Source: Candidatus Poribacteria bacterium (GTDB lineage: Bacteria; Poribacteria; WGA-4E; WGA-3G). From it: DNA of 64,000 nt. The notes below the pieces were generated by a model. It was given only the letters and a program-made list of their open reading frames with translations. It had not been told where the DNA came from and ran no database searches. Below, one piece after another: positions 38,216-48,610 of the stretch (position 1 is its first letter; each line of letters starts with the position of its first letter). The position numbers and the translations under genes were made by a program. The DNA is taken from positions 352,001-416,000 of the forward strand of contig CBDBFU010000015.1 in the NCBI GenBank assembly GCA_965205025.1, written 5' to 3'.

Positions 38216-40219
38216 CTATATTACATCTTGTTTAGTTGGCTCATCATTAGTTGCTTCATTCTGATTTAGTATCACAACGGGTGTGAGGTCGTTGAGATAT
38301 GTAGATTCGTTAAAGCTTATTCGTATGGTTGAACCGACATTTTCTTCTGATTCTACAGTTAATTCTCCACCGTGTACAGTGATAATCCGACGAACAATTG
38401 CCATGCCAAGACCTGTCCCATGTGTTTTGGTTGTATAATCTGGTGCAAAAAGATTCCGCTGTGTTTCCTCTGACATGCCGTATCCAGTATCTTGTACTTC
38501 AAGCGAGATATATCTACTATTTTCACCGGTATGGTTAGTGTTCCTGTTTAAACTCGTATCTACTTCCATAGCAGAATGTGTGCGAAGAGTAAGAGTGCCA
38601 CCATTCGGCATTGCTTCAATTGCATTTTTTACAAGATTCCCTACAGCTCGTTCCATCTGTTCACGATCTAATGAAAGTTCTGGTAGAGGGCTTAATTCTT
38701 TTCTCACTTTAATATCTTGTGCTTGAGACAATTCAATATATAGTTTTAAGACAGAATTAACCACATCATTCAAATTAACAGGATGCCGATCTGGGACAGG
38801 TAGTCTTGCATACTGATGGAATTCATCTATTAGACCACGTATTCTGTCAACTTCTTCAATAATTGTTTCAGTGCAAACATTAAATATCTCATCAAATATA
38901 TCTGGTCGATTTTTTGCTTCTTTTAAATTCTCGACAGATAATCGAATAGGGAATAAAGGATTCTTTACCTCATGTGCGAGTTGGCGTGCAACATCTCGCC
39001 ATACAGCGATTCTTTCAGCTGCTTTATGCTCCTCCAGACTCTTTCTTAATGCCAATGCCATCTGGTTGAATTCGTTTGCCAGTTCACCGACTTCTCCTTT
39101 AGATTGAACTGCAATCTGATAATTTAGATTACCAGCGCCGATTTCACTGACACCTCTCTGGAGTTGGCTAATCGGACGCGTAATACGTCTACTGACAAGA
39201 TAACTGATACAGTAAACAAGTACAGCTCCACCACCGACGCTCAACAGTAATATCACTCTCATCTGATCTAACCATTGGATACGACTTTCATGTGAGTATG
39301 CAATAATTAATTCCACAAAAGGCAGGCGTTGTGAATCTGAAAAAGGTGTACTTAATATATCGGTACGGACAACTGTAAATGTAGGGGTAATCGAAGTATT
39401 ATCGGATGTTTCTTCTCCATCTGGTGGTATGGTGTCTTTCAGTGACACGATAAGACCTTTGATAGGTTTGCCTTTTGCCTCTGCTGTCTGCATCTGCAGT
39501 TGCCATTCATCTTTTAATGATGTTGTTTCACCAGCGGAGTTGTTTAGAGGTATCCATTCCTCCTGTTCATCCATTCTCTTGACAAGAAAGATAGGATGTT
39601 CTGCCGGTTGACTTAGCATTGTTCCTTCTAACCATTTACGAAGGGATCTACCACCCGTAATAAATCCCCATTCCATCCATTGTGTAACTTCGACTATTAG
39701 CTGTGGATCTTCACCTTTTTCTATGATCCGTTCTCGAATTGTCCCCTTTCCTTCCTTTAAAGTTTCATCTGATTCTACTTCACCCGCATCAGGATCTTTG
39801 TGTCCGATGCGTGGATCCTCTCTACGTTTACTCAATACCAGAATTCCTTCTTTGTTGCCACATTCAAAAACATCAAAGTTGGTTTTGGGGACTTCTCTTC
39901 CGCCTCCTCTTTCAGCCCTTCGTACAGCATTAAGAATATCTGTGTTTTCACCCATTGCCTTTACTTCATCCTTAATGGAATTGACGAATAAAGCATATAA
40001 CTTTGAGATATTCGATCTTAACTCAAACAGGTCTTTATCAAGTTGATCATCAAAAGTACGATCAATTAATAGATTGGCTATAACGAATATAACAGCGAAC
40101 ATCAACAAGAACACCAGACTATAGGTAAAAAAGATCTTGTTTTGGAGCCGAAGCGTGGATAATTTGTTGAGTATTTTTCGTAAATATCCCATAAAATTTA
40201 TCCTGTTGTAAGTTTTCAA
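38216..40219 (-). CDS. HAMP sensor histidine kinase (NtrY-like)
   Basis: Two TMs, HAMP, WRDVARQLAHEVKNPL, NLVKNAIEA, DTGYG, GTGLGM. Confidence 0.92.
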   Translation of the reverse strand: MKTYNRINFMGYLRKILNKLSTLRLQNKIFFTYSLVFLLMFAVIFVIANLLIDRTFDDQLDKDLFELRSNISKLYALFVNSIKDEVKAMGENTDILNAVRRAERGGGREVPKTNFDVFECGNKEGILVLSKRREDPRIGHKDPDAGEVESDETLKEGKGTIRERIIEKGEDPQLIVEVTQWMEWGFITGGRSLRKWLEGTMLSQPAEHPIFLVKRMDEQEEWIPLNNSAGETTSLKDEWQLQMQTAEAKGKPIKGLIVSLKDTIPPDGEETSDNTSITPTFTVVRTDILSTPFSDSQRLPFVELIIAYSHESRIQWLDQMRVILLLSVGGGAVLVYCISYLVSRRITRPISQLQRGVSEIGAGNLNYQIAVQSKGEVGELANEFNQMALALRKSLEEHKAAERIAVWRDVARQLAHEVKNPLFPIRLSVENLKEAKNRPDIFDEIFNVCTETIIEEVDRIRGLIDEFHQYARLPVPDRHPVNLNDVVNSVLKLYIELSQAQDIKVRKELSPLPELSLDREQMERAVGNLVKNAIEAMPNGGTLTLRTHSAMEVDTSLNRNTNHTGENSRYISLEVQDTGYGMSEETQRNLFAPDYTTKTHGTGLGMAIVRRIITVHGGELTVESEENVGSTIRISFNESTYLNDLTPVVILNQNEATNDEPTKQDVI

Positions 40220-40247
40220 CTGGGAGATATATGATGGTTAGAGGTGT

Positions 40248-41678
40248 TTAACGTCTTTTCATTTCACTTGCGATAACTTCGGTGCGTTTTTTATATCCCT
40301 CAACAGCTGACTGATGGTAGGTTAATTCTTCTTCTGGTGCTACAACCCCGTCTGTAATATGGAGATCCTGTAATTTACCTTTAACTGCCACGGTATCCAT
40401 TAATATTCGCATTAATTCGCATACGTTGCTAATATCCCGTTTTGGTAATGTTAGTGTGGCGTTTGGGATACCTTGATCGGTAAAATCCTCCTCAGTTCCC
40501 CGATAGGAAGCGGTCTGACTGTCGTTCATTGACAGTCCTTCAAATGCTTTTAAACCACTGTTTTCATTCCCTTGAGGTATAATCAGATCTGTTCCGAGAT
40601 TCTCCCAATGTATAAAAACAATTGCTTTGTCCCTGGGACCCGCAAGGATACCGTTGAGAATAGAATGATTACTTGTGGGACCTTTTGCTGCTATTACATT
40701 AGATCCTGCTCCACGTTCCTGTATTGATTCGGTATAGAGTTGTACAAACCATTCTCCAAGACGGGTATTGTCAGCGTAGTTATAGAAGACAATATTACCT
40801 CCACCGTAGTATTTTTCTACATTATCAAGCCAAAACGCAAGGTGGTACGCAGTGTTATGATGATGTGTATATGGTAGTTTAAAATCATCATCAGCACGTT
40901 GAACACCATTTATTGCATGGTTGATTCTATCCTCTGGACTTTCATCAGATCCGGCTGTCATTGCTAAAAAGAATAGACCAACAGGTGAAAAAGCGGAAAA
41001 ACGACCTCCGACACCTTCAGGAACGGGAAGTATACCGTAAAATGGTGATTCTTGATGAAATTGATAAAGCAAGCTATTTTGTGATAATCCAGTAGTGGCG
41101 ACAATCTGGTTTCGCCATTCTCCGAATTCTTGCTGAAGTCTATCTTTTATAATCATTAGGGTAGCAAGCGTTTCACCAGTTTTTCCAGATTTGCTAATCA
41201 CATTGAAAAGAGTTTTTTGTAGCAAGTTTCGTGAATTTAGCATCTCAAGTAATGCATTCAATCGAACTGGATCAAACGTATCCCCTGTAAAATAAACTTC
41301 CGGTGCTCCTCGTTCTGTATCTGAAAGTAGATTATGGTATGGATGATTCGTGATTTCGTGAAACACACGAGCACTTAGGTCAGATCCACCAATTCCGATA
41401 GTCACAAAAGCAGAAAACTCGTCTCTTGCTTTTGTCGATAAGGTAAGCATTTGCTGAATATGTTCGGTTTGTAGATGGCTTTGCCTCCACGCCCGTAAAT
41501 GTTGCTCTAATAAGGATAGTGGTGCTCCGATCTCTTTGTTGAACAAGGACTGGATATCTTCTAAGCGTTCATCAACCCATCCATCTCCATCTGTTTCTTC
41601 TGTATCTGCACAGACAGTAATTTTAAGCCTTATACCTGTATCGCTTCCAAATTGAATATGTTTAATCTTATCATTCAT
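40248..41678 (-). CDS. pgi: Glucose-6-phosphate isomerase
   Basis: IGIGGSDL, SKSGKTGET, VGGRFS, QLYTES, QSAVEGYK. Confidence 0.85.
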   Translation of the reverse strand: MNDKIKHIQFGSDTGIRLKITVCADTEETDGDGWVDERLEDIQSLFNKEIGAPLSLLEQHLRAWRQSHLQTEHIQQMLTLSTKARDEFSAFVTIGIGGSDLSARVFHEITNHPYHNLLSDTERGAPEVYFTGDTFDPVRLNALLEMLNSRNLLQKTLFNVISKSGKTGETLATLMIIKDRLQQEFGEWRNQIVATTGLSQNSLLYQFHQESPFYGILPVPEGVGGRFSAFSPVGLFFLAMTAGSDESPEDRINHAINGVQRADDDFKLPYTHHHNTAYHLAFWLDNVEKYYGGGNIVFYNYADNTRLGEWFVQLYTESIQERGAGSNVIAAKGPTSNHSILNGILAGPRDKAIVFIHWENLGTDLIIPQGNENSGLKAFEGLSMNDSQTASYRGTEEDFTDQGIPNATLTLPKRDISNVCELMRILMDTVAVKGKLQDLHITDGVVAPEEELTYHQSAVEGYKKRTEVIASEMKRR

Positions 41679-41723
41679 TATTATTAAATCTATATTTTCT
41701 CCAAGAAAGGTATGTAGTTGTTT

Positions 41724-42098
41724 TCAAGTCCTTCCGTATTTATCATCAAGCCGAACGATGTCCTCTTCATCAAAGTTCCCAAAAGAAATCTCAAGTATTC
41801 GATATGTTTTAGATTCCCCAATAAGTTGATGTTTTGCACCTTGTGGTATAAAAACGGGTTCCATTGGTTCTGGGCGTAATACTTCATCTTCGAGTCGGAC
41901 ACATGCACCATCATCAAGCGGGATCCATAGTTCACTACGTTCGTGATGATATTGATAACTAAGTTGTTCTCCAGCGTTAACCTCTATAATCTTGACTGTT
42001 ACAGATTGGTTGAGAACATACTGTATAAATTGTCCCCATGGTTTTATGGTTGTAGATATTTCTGCTAATATCTCAGAAGGATCTTTTAAAGAAGGCAT
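41724..42098 (-). CDS. Mannose-6-phosphate isomerase type II C-terminal cupin
   Basis: KPWG, LSYQYHHERSELW, EEDIVRLDDKYGR. Confidence 0.88.
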   Translation of the reverse strand: MPSLKDPSEILAEISTTIKPWGQFIQYVLNQSVTVKIIEVNAGEQLSYQYHHERSELWIPLDDGACVRLEDEVLRPEPMEPVFIPQGAKHQLIGESKTYRILEISFGNFDEEDIVRLDDKYGRT

Positions 42099-42251
42099 AA
42101 GTATTCCATATAATTTCTAATAGATGTGTATATATAATTGTGGTAGGCTAAAGCGTGTTATCACAAGCTTTTAAAGATTATATTTTGCTATAATTTATCA
42201 CAAATACATGGGTAAAGCAAGGACAAAACTGGTGGGTAAAACTTAATCATA

Positions 42252-42713
42252 TTGACAAAAAGTCTAATGTTTGATAATATATTTACTATAGTGTATTGCT
42301 ATGATTACCCGCGTCCCTCAGTTACTGTAGATATTGTCCTGTTGACGGATGTGAAACCATATCCTGAGGTGTTATTAATCCGCAGAAAAAATCCGCCCTT
42401 TAAAAATGCGTGGGCACTCCCGGGTGGATTCTTGGAAATGGAAGAAACACTTGAGGAGAGTGCCTTACGTGAATTATACGAAGAGACAAACATATCTAAT
42501 GTTAAATTGACACAATTAGGAACTTTCGGACATCCTGAGCGTGATCCTCGAGGACGCGTTATAACAGTTGCCTATGTGGGTATTATCACAACTAAAATAC
42601 AGAACGTTATAGCTGGTTCTGATGCCGGTCAGGTTGCTTGGTATTCAACATCTAATTTACCTGAACTTGCATTTGACCATAAAATGATTATTCACACAGC
42701 TTTAAAAAAATAA
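42252..42713 (+). CDS. NUDIX hydrolase (ADP-ribose pyrophosphatase-like)
   Basis: WALPGG, Nudix box, RDPRGR, LAFDH. Confidence 0.9.
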   Translation: MTKSLMFDNIFTIVYCYDYPRPSVTVDIVLLTDVKPYPEVLLIRRKNPPFKNAWALPGGFLEMEETLEESALRELYEETNISNVKLTQLGTFGHPERDPRGRVITVAYVGIITTKIQNVIAGSDAGQVAWYSTSNLPELAFDHKMIIHTALKK

Positions 42714-42714
42714 A

Positions 42715-43047
42715 ATGAAACATTACGGTTTGACATTGAATCTAAAAGATGACCCAAAAATAATAGAGCAGTATAAAGCTTACCATCAAGAAGCTTGGCC
42801 TGAAACATTAGCTGGTCTAAAAGCAGTAGGTATAACAAAAATGAATATCTACTTGATAGGTAGACGTTTATTTATGGCAATGGAAACTGTGGATACATTC
42901 GACATAAAACGCGATTTTCCCCGGTATCTTGCGGAACATCCAAAATGCAAAGAGTGGGATCAACTCATGCGTACTTTTCAGGAACCTGTTGATGAAGCAC
43001 AAGCAGATGAATGGTGGGCAGAAATGGAACCTGTGTTTGAGTTATAG
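42715..43047 (+). CDS. L-rhamnose mutarotase family
   Basis: YKAYHQEAWPE, WWAEMEPVFEL. Confidence 0.85.
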   Translation: MKHYGLTLNLKDDPKIIEQYKAYHQEAWPETLAGLKAVGITKMNIYLIGRRLFMAMETVDTFDIKRDFPRYLAEHPKCKEWDQLMRTFQEPVDEAQADEWWAEMEPVFEL

Positions 43048-43119
43048 GTATTTATAGGATGTGGATAACTTCTTCAATATTGTTTAATTTGACAGGTTAA
43101 GAAAAGGTAAGGTTGAACT

Positions 43120-44091
43120 ATGACTATAAACTACGATTTCATTGCATTCAGCGGTAGGCTCACAGAAAATAGTTGGAGTCTTGGGATGAAAGCCATTCAA
43201 GGTGAGGTGCCATTGGACGTGGTTATACCAAGTCTAAAATCATCCAGTAATTCTGATGAGGATGATATTATCGGTGTATTAAACAAAGAAGGTATATCCC
43301 GAGAAAGTAATGATGTTATGGAACTTTATCGGTATCTCCGTCAATTAAATCCAAAATCTAATCAGGTATTTGGATTTAATGAAGTAGTGATTCGTAATAT
43401 TCATACCCGATTAAACTCTCTGAAGATTAACGATGAACTTCGCGTTCAAATCACTTATACCGAGCGAAGAGAAAACTATAGTCCAGCCACATATAATATA
43501 AAATTATTAGGTATTTATCAGGTGTCTCCAATAGATACAAGTGAACAAGTTCCTAAAGGTGATGATTCTGATAACATACAAATAGATACACCTATAGAGA
43601 ATACTCCACCAGATACACTTACAGATAATATATCCGCTGAAAATGAGACACCACAAAACACACAAGATGACACCAACCAAAGTGAAATACCTATGTTTCC
43701 AAAGGATTTTACTCAGACGGATCAAGATATTCCTGTCTATAAAACAACAAACACTTTAGAGAAGTTGATCGTTTTTACACGAACACTTCAGGCAGAATTA
43801 AATGAAACCAAGAATTCCCTTGCGATGATGGCTGAACAGATACAGATATTAGAAAGCGAACGCGAACATTATCGAGAATTACAAGATTTAATTCAGGATA
43901 TGCTTGATCGGATTACTCATACAGAAAATTTTGAAAATCGTATTATAACTCTTGAAATGGATCATATCCAACTCAAGAAATTACAACAGACATTAGAGAC
44001 ATACTTTAGAACATCCAATCGGCATACACAAATACTCCTCAATGAAATCAATGATGATACGGATGTGAATATCCCTGATTCCCAGACATAA
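43120..44091 (+). CDS. Hypothetical protein with acidic linker and C-terminal coiled coil
   Basis: 323-aa ORF with AAGG RBS; no recognised family. Confidence 0.7.
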   Translation: MTINYDFIAFSGRLTENSWSLGMKAIQGEVPLDVVIPSLKSSSNSDEDDIIGVLNKEGISRESNDVMELYRYLRQLNPKSNQVFGFNEVVIRNIHTRLNSLKINDELRVQITYTERRENYSPATYNIKLLGIYQVSPIDTSEQVPKGDDSDNIQIDTPIENTPPDTLTDNISAENETPQNTQDDTNQSEIPMFPKDFTQTDQDIPVYKTTNTLEKLIVFTRTLQAELNETKNSLAMMAEQIQILESEREHYRELQDLIQDMLDRITHTENFENRIITLEMDHIQLKKLQQTLETYFRTSNRHTQILLNEINDDTDVNIPDSQT

Positions 44092-44163
44092 ATCTTATCA
44101 GTTGATGACTATTCTAACTTAATTTCTAATTTGTGACTTACATATCTTATATCACCCCATTAA

Positions 44164-44997
44164 TTGACAGATAACCTGTGGAATGGAGACAATTCCATGA
44201 TGAAAATTGGCACTATGTCTTTAAATGTCAAAGGCACTAATGCAACTGATTTCTCTCAAATTGTTTATGATCTTGGCTTTGATGTGATTGAACTACATTC
44301 AAGTGCCTTTGAATCTACCGACGTTAACTATCTCCGCGACCTGAAGATGAACCTTATGCGAAAAGGTTTGCCATTGGGATATATCGGCATCAGTAATAAC
44401 TTCGGGAAACCTGTAGCTGAACATCCGGAACAGATAGCTTTAATAAAGCAATGGATAGACATCGCTTCATTTATGAGTTGCCCCATAGTACGTGTATTCG
44501 CTGCATACGTTCCTGCCGACTGTGACGACGAAGAAACCTTATGGCCACCAATGATTGAAGCGTTCAAAGAGGTAGCCGAATACGGATATGAATCCGGTAT
44601 ACTTGTTGGTTTACAAAATCACAACCATAATAACGTTACACGTGATGGAGATGCAGTTTTACGCGCACTAAATGGAACTGATCATCCTTATTTCACACAT
44701 ATACTGGATACAGGACAATATGCCGGGTCTCCTGGAGCGAGTGGACATCGTGGTTCATCACATCCTGACTATGATTGCTATGCAAGTATTGAGCAGACTG
44801 CACCACATGCTGTATATGTCCGAACAAAGTTCTATGAAATTGATAGCGGTGTAGAAGAATGGTTGGACTATCCGAGAGTATTGGATATTTTGCGGGGTGT
44901 TGGTTATAATGGATGTCTTTCCGTTGTGTATGAAGGTCAATCCGATCCAATTGAATCAATGCGAAAAGCAAGAAGCTATTTGGAATCCATATTGTAA
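44164..44997 (+). CDS. Sugar phosphate isomerase/epimerase (xylose isomerase-like TIM barrel)
   Basis: IVRVFA, GLQNHNH, LDTG, LSVVYEG; start probably 44198. Confidence 0.85.
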   Translation: MTDNLWNGDNSMMKIGTMSLNVKGTNATDFSQIVYDLGFDVIELHSSAFESTDVNYLRDLKMNLMRKGLPLGYIGISNNFGKPVAEHPEQIALIKQWIDIASFMSCPIVRVFAAYVPADCDDEETLWPPMIEAFKEVAEYGYESGILVGLQNHNHNNVTRDGDAVLRALNGTDHPYFTHILDTGQYAGSPGASGHRGSSHPDYDCYASIEQTAPHAVYVRTKFYEIDSGVEEWLDYPRVLDILRGVGYNGCLSVVYEGQSDPIESMRKARSYLESIL

Positions 44998-45018
44998 CAT
45001 AACTTTGTTGAGGGTTAG

Positions 45019-46122
45019 ATGAAAACACGTGCCGCGGTAATGTATGAGCATAATCAACCTGTTGTTGTTGAAGAGCTTGAGTTAGTAGAACCGAAAGCGA
45101 AGGAAGTTCTTGTTCGTACAGCTGCAAGTGGTGTATGCCACTCAGACTTGTCGGTTGTTACAGGTGCTATCTATTATGACGCTGCTGTTATACTTGGACA
45201 TGAAGGTGCTGGTGTAATTGAACAGATTGGGGAAGGTGTTTCAGATTTCCACGTTGGTGATCATGTAATCTTGTCTTTTGTAAGTTATTGTGGCGATTGT
45301 CGAATGTGTCAGATGGAAAAGGTTTGTTTGTGTGAAAGCTACGATGTTCCACGCGGGTATTTGTTAGACGGTACATATCGGTTTTATAACAGTTCTGGCG
45401 ATGGAATTCTTCAGATGGCACGTGTTGCAACAATGTCGGAATATATGGTTGTTCCCGAACAGAATCTTGTCAAAATTGATCCTCATTATTCATTAGAACA
45501 AGCTGCCCTTGTAGGATGTGGCGTGACGACAGGTGTTGGAGCGGTGTTAAATACTGCTAAAGTTGAACATGGAAGTTCTGTGGCAGTAATAGGGACCGGT
45601 GGTGTCGGCTTAAATGCAATTCAAGGGGCTGTATTAGCAGAAGCAGAACAGATTATCGCGGTCGATATTGCTGAGAAGAAACTCAACTTTGCTAAAACTT
45701 TCGGGGCAACTGATGTTGTGAATGCAGCAGAGATAGATGCCGTTGAAGGGGTTCATGAAATAACGAAAGGTCTGGGTGTTGATTACGCATTTGAGGTAAT
45801 TGGAAATCCGGATACTATCAGACAGGCGTATCAAATGGTACGTCCCGCAGGCACTGCTGTCATTGTCGGCATGGCACACCATGAAATAGAATTTAGCATT
45901 CCGGCACAACACTTCGTTTCATCTGAAAGACAGATTATTGGTTCATTTTACGGCTCATGTCAGCCACGTGTTGATATGCCGAAACTTCTTAGTTTATATA
46001 CAGAAGGTAAGTTGAAGTTAGACGAATTAATCACACGTCACTATAGTCTCGAACAAATTAACGAAGCGTTTGCCGATATGGAAGCCGGTGAAAATGCGCG
46101 GGGTGTTATAATCTTCAATTAA
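45019..46122 (+). CDS. Zn-dependent alcohol dehydrogenase (class III-like)
   Basis: GVCHSD, GHEGAG, CGDCRMC..C, GCGVTTG, GTGGVG. Confidence 0.93.
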   Translation: MKTRAAVMYEHNQPVVVEELELVEPKAKEVLVRTAASGVCHSDLSVVTGAIYYDAAVILGHEGAGVIEQIGEGVSDFHVGDHVILSFVSYCGDCRMCQMEKVCLCESYDVPRGYLLDGTYRFYNSSGDGILQMARVATMSEYMVVPEQNLVKIDPHYSLEQAALVGCGVTTGVGAVLNTAKVEHGSSVAVIGTGGVGLNAIQGAVLAEAEQIIAVDIAEKKLNFAKTFGATDVVNAAEIDAVEGVHEITKGLGVDYAFEVIGNPDTIRQAYQMVRPAGTAVIVGMAHHEIEFSIPAQHFVSSERQIIGSFYGSCQPRVDMPKLLSLYTEGKLKLDELITRHYSLEQINEAFADMEAGENARGVIIFN

Positions 46123-46191
46123 CCAGATCTCAAGATTATAATAGTCTTTCCTACCATAAACCTTAATTGAAGAAAAGTAAGACACTACTAC

Positions 46192-47031
46192 TTGCTTTGG
46201 TATAGTCCTTTCATTGTACCAGTTCACCCCAAAGAAATAGTTGAAGATCGAATTATGAAATCCATCCACAAAGCGGTTCGCGACCAGTTTAGCCAACATG
46301 CTGATTATTATGCAGAAAGCAGTGCACATGCCAAAGGCGATACTCTTGAGGTAATTCTTGACTTTGCAGATACACAAGGCACTGAAAAGACACTGGATAT
46401 TGCCACGGGAACAGGTTTTACAGCCTTCGCAATTGCCCCTAAAGTTTCACATGTAATTGCCACGGATCTTACGCCAGAAATGGTTGAAAAAGCGGCTGAA
46501 TTAGCACAAGAACAGGAAATATCCAACATCACATTTTCTGTTGCTGCTGCGGAAGCTTTGCCCTTTACTACCGGATCAATGGACTTGGTCACCTGTAGAC
46601 TCGCCCCACATCATTTTCAAGATGTACCAAAATTCTTAAATGAGGTATATCGAGTCTTACGATCTGATGGTCTGTTTTGCCTAACAGATTCCGTATCACC
46701 CGAATCAGAGGATTTAATCGCGTGGCAAAATCGTGTTGAGAAACTTCGTGACGAGTCCCATGTATTTGGATATCCACCATCCCAGTGGAATAAGATGATA
46801 CAAGATGCAGGGTTTAATATTGAGGATTCAGCACATACAAGAAATGCACAGATGTCGTTTTTGTGGTGGGTACGTCCTCAGAAGAATCCACCTGAGATCG
46901 TTAAGGAAATCCGTGATGCTTTTGCGAAACTCTCTCCGGATGATGCGAAAAAATACTATACATTTGAACCATCAGGTGATGACTTCTATTTTTCTTGGCC
47001 AATGTATGCGGTTAAAGCAAAACGCCTGTAA
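46192..47031 (+). CDS. Class I SAM-dependent methyltransferase
   Basis: LDIATGTG, AEALPF, CRLAPHHF; start probably ATG 46255. Confidence 0.9.
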   Translation: MLWYSPFIVPVHPKEIVEDRIMKSIHKAVRDQFSQHADYYAESSAHAKGDTLEVILDFADTQGTEKTLDIATGTGFTAFAIAPKVSHVIATDLTPEMVEKAAELAQEQEISNITFSVAAAEALPFTTGSMDLVTCRLAPHHFQDVPKFLNEVYRVLRSDGLFCLTDSVSPESEDLIAWQNRVEKLRDESHVFGYPPSQWNKMIQDAGFNIEDSAHTRNAQMSFLWWVRPQKNPPEIVKEIRDAFAKLSPDDAKKYYTFEPSGDDFYFSWPMYAVKAKRL

Positions 47032-47043
47032 GGAAAATCTGAA

Positions 47044-47346
47044 ATGACACAAGAAAAATTTCAAGAACATATACTAAAAGAATTAGGCGAAATAAAAACT
47101 CTCTTTATCAAAAATGAAGAAGATCATGGAAAACTTTCTACTAAATTAGAAACCGTCAAAACTGAAGTAGAATCCGTTAGAACTGAAGTAGAATCCGTTA
47201 GAACTGAAGTAGAATCCGTTAGAACTGAAGTAGAATCCGTTAGAACTGAAATGCATAAAAGTTTAAACATGCACTTACGATGGGCTATAGGAACAACAAT
47301 AGCTATAGCAACCCTTGCGTTTGTAATAGCAAAATATATAACATAA
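47044..47346 (+). CDS. Small coiled-coil protein with heptad repeat and C-terminal TM anchor
   Basis: (TEVESVR)n followed by RWAIGTTIAIATLAFVIA. Confidence 0.75.
   Translation: MTQEKFQEHILKELGEIKTLFIKNEEDHGKLSTKLETVKTEVESVRTEVESVRTEVESVRTEVESVRTEMHKSLNMHLRWAIGTTIAIATLAFVIAKYIT
47161..47250. repeat. 21-bp tandem repeat x4 plus a partial copy
   Basis: ACTGAAGTAGAATCCGTTAGA. Confidence 0.95.
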
Positions 47347-47512
47347 TTCTTTTTCTCTCATCAATCAAGTTGCTCTGTGCTTAATACCTACAAAAGAGAG
47401 GATCGGGGATTGGAATTCCCTCCTACAGAATATAAGATGGTAGTTCTGAAGATAAAGTTCCTATGTTTAGTTGACAACTATTGTCTCGCTACCACTCTCC
47501 CCAACCTACAAA

Positions 47513-48346
47513 CTATGTTCCATCTTCTCCATCTTCAGTTGCCTCTATTGATCTTATATATAAATACGGCTTGCTATAGTCGTTGACGTGTATTTGATAA
47601 TTACCCACCGAGAGCATGCCGAGGTCTATCTCAGTAGTGTATGACGGACTTAGAAATGTCTTGCTTGGATGTATCATGAGCGCACACTCGGTATTGACGA
47701 TTCGCACTTCACCCAATATATCAACGTCGATTGTATAATAGCCTGTATCACCCCACTCACTCCACCGATCATAAAGTTCAATGTGTGTCTTGAGGTGCGG
47801 AATACATTTGCTCTCAAAGTATCCGACCACACCCATCGTAACCTGAACAGGTTCAGACGTTTTAATGTAAGGTCGCGGCTCAGTCACCTCAACATCGTCA
47901 GCTGTCTTTATCGTAAAGTATACATGCTCAATGATAGGTCCCGTTTTTACATACCCTGCATCCGCAGCAATACGAAACTTCAGTAGTTCATGGCTGCCAG
48001 ACATAACTTTGTATTCACCGACATCGAGATTCCTGATCGTAACCTCTCCATACACATCCGTTACGGCGTCTCCACACAAACCCCAACCGGTAGCAACTTG
48101 CATCGTTGCCGTAAGTTGTATCGTTTTCCCGTCCCGGTCTGCGGATACTTTCGCGGATTCGCCTACACATGTGTTATGATGTGATCCAAGTACGCCAATC
48201 ACAACCGTGGCAGGTCTATCTTCAGAAACAGACAATATACCAACCTTATCTATCGGCATATTCGTTTTTTTAGGGAAAAGACTGCCACACCCTATAAATG
48301 AAACGACACCAAATAAAATGAGAATACCGATGATCCGATTTAGCAC
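47513..48346 (-). CDS. Lipoprotein with two Cys-pair Ig-like domains (paralog 1)
   Basis: FIGC lipobox; GSHHNTC...CGDAV...GEY; second domain ends GNYQIHVN. Confidence 0.7.
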   Translation of the reverse strand: MLNRIIGILILFGVVSFIGCGSLFPKKTNMPIDKVGILSVSEDRPATVVIGVLGSHHNTCVGESAKVSADRDGKTIQLTATMQVATGWGLCGDAVTDVYGEVTIRNLDVGEYKVMSGSHELLKFRIAADAGYVKTGPIIEHVYFTIKTADDVEVTEPRPYIKTSEPVQVTMGVVGYFESKCIPHLKTHIELYDRWSEWGDTGYYTIDVDILGEVRIVNTECALMIHPSKTFLSPSYTTEIDLGMLSVGNYQIHVNDYSKPYLYIRSIEATEDGEDGT

Positions 48347-48427
48347 TTTTTACCTCTTATGTTTGTATATAAATAAGCCGTATTTTTTTTCATGATTATT
48401 GTTTCCTTTGTAGACTAAAGTTAAACT

Positions 48428-48549
48428 AACGTGAGTTTGATAAATCAGATATTAATGCTCGATGCGGTTAGGAAACCGCACCTACCGGGTCTAAAGGACT
48501 GATATTTTTGGATAAATGAAACTTATTTGCCTATTACCAAACTCACGTT
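48428..48549. mobile_element. 122-bp MITE with 12-bp TIRs, 5-bp TSD and internal REP-like hairpin
   Basis: AAACT-[AACGTGAGTTTG...CAAACTCACGTT]-AAACT; internal TGCGGTTAGGAAACCGCACCTAC. Confidence 0.85.
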
Positions 48550-48610
48550 AAACTAAGTTGGGAACTCAGCTCTATACGTATTGTAAATCTACAAATATTT
48601 ACCGCTATAC

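Noticed and set aside
47161-47250. Tandem repeat as CRISPR
   Set aside because: No spacers; it is an in-frame coding repeat.
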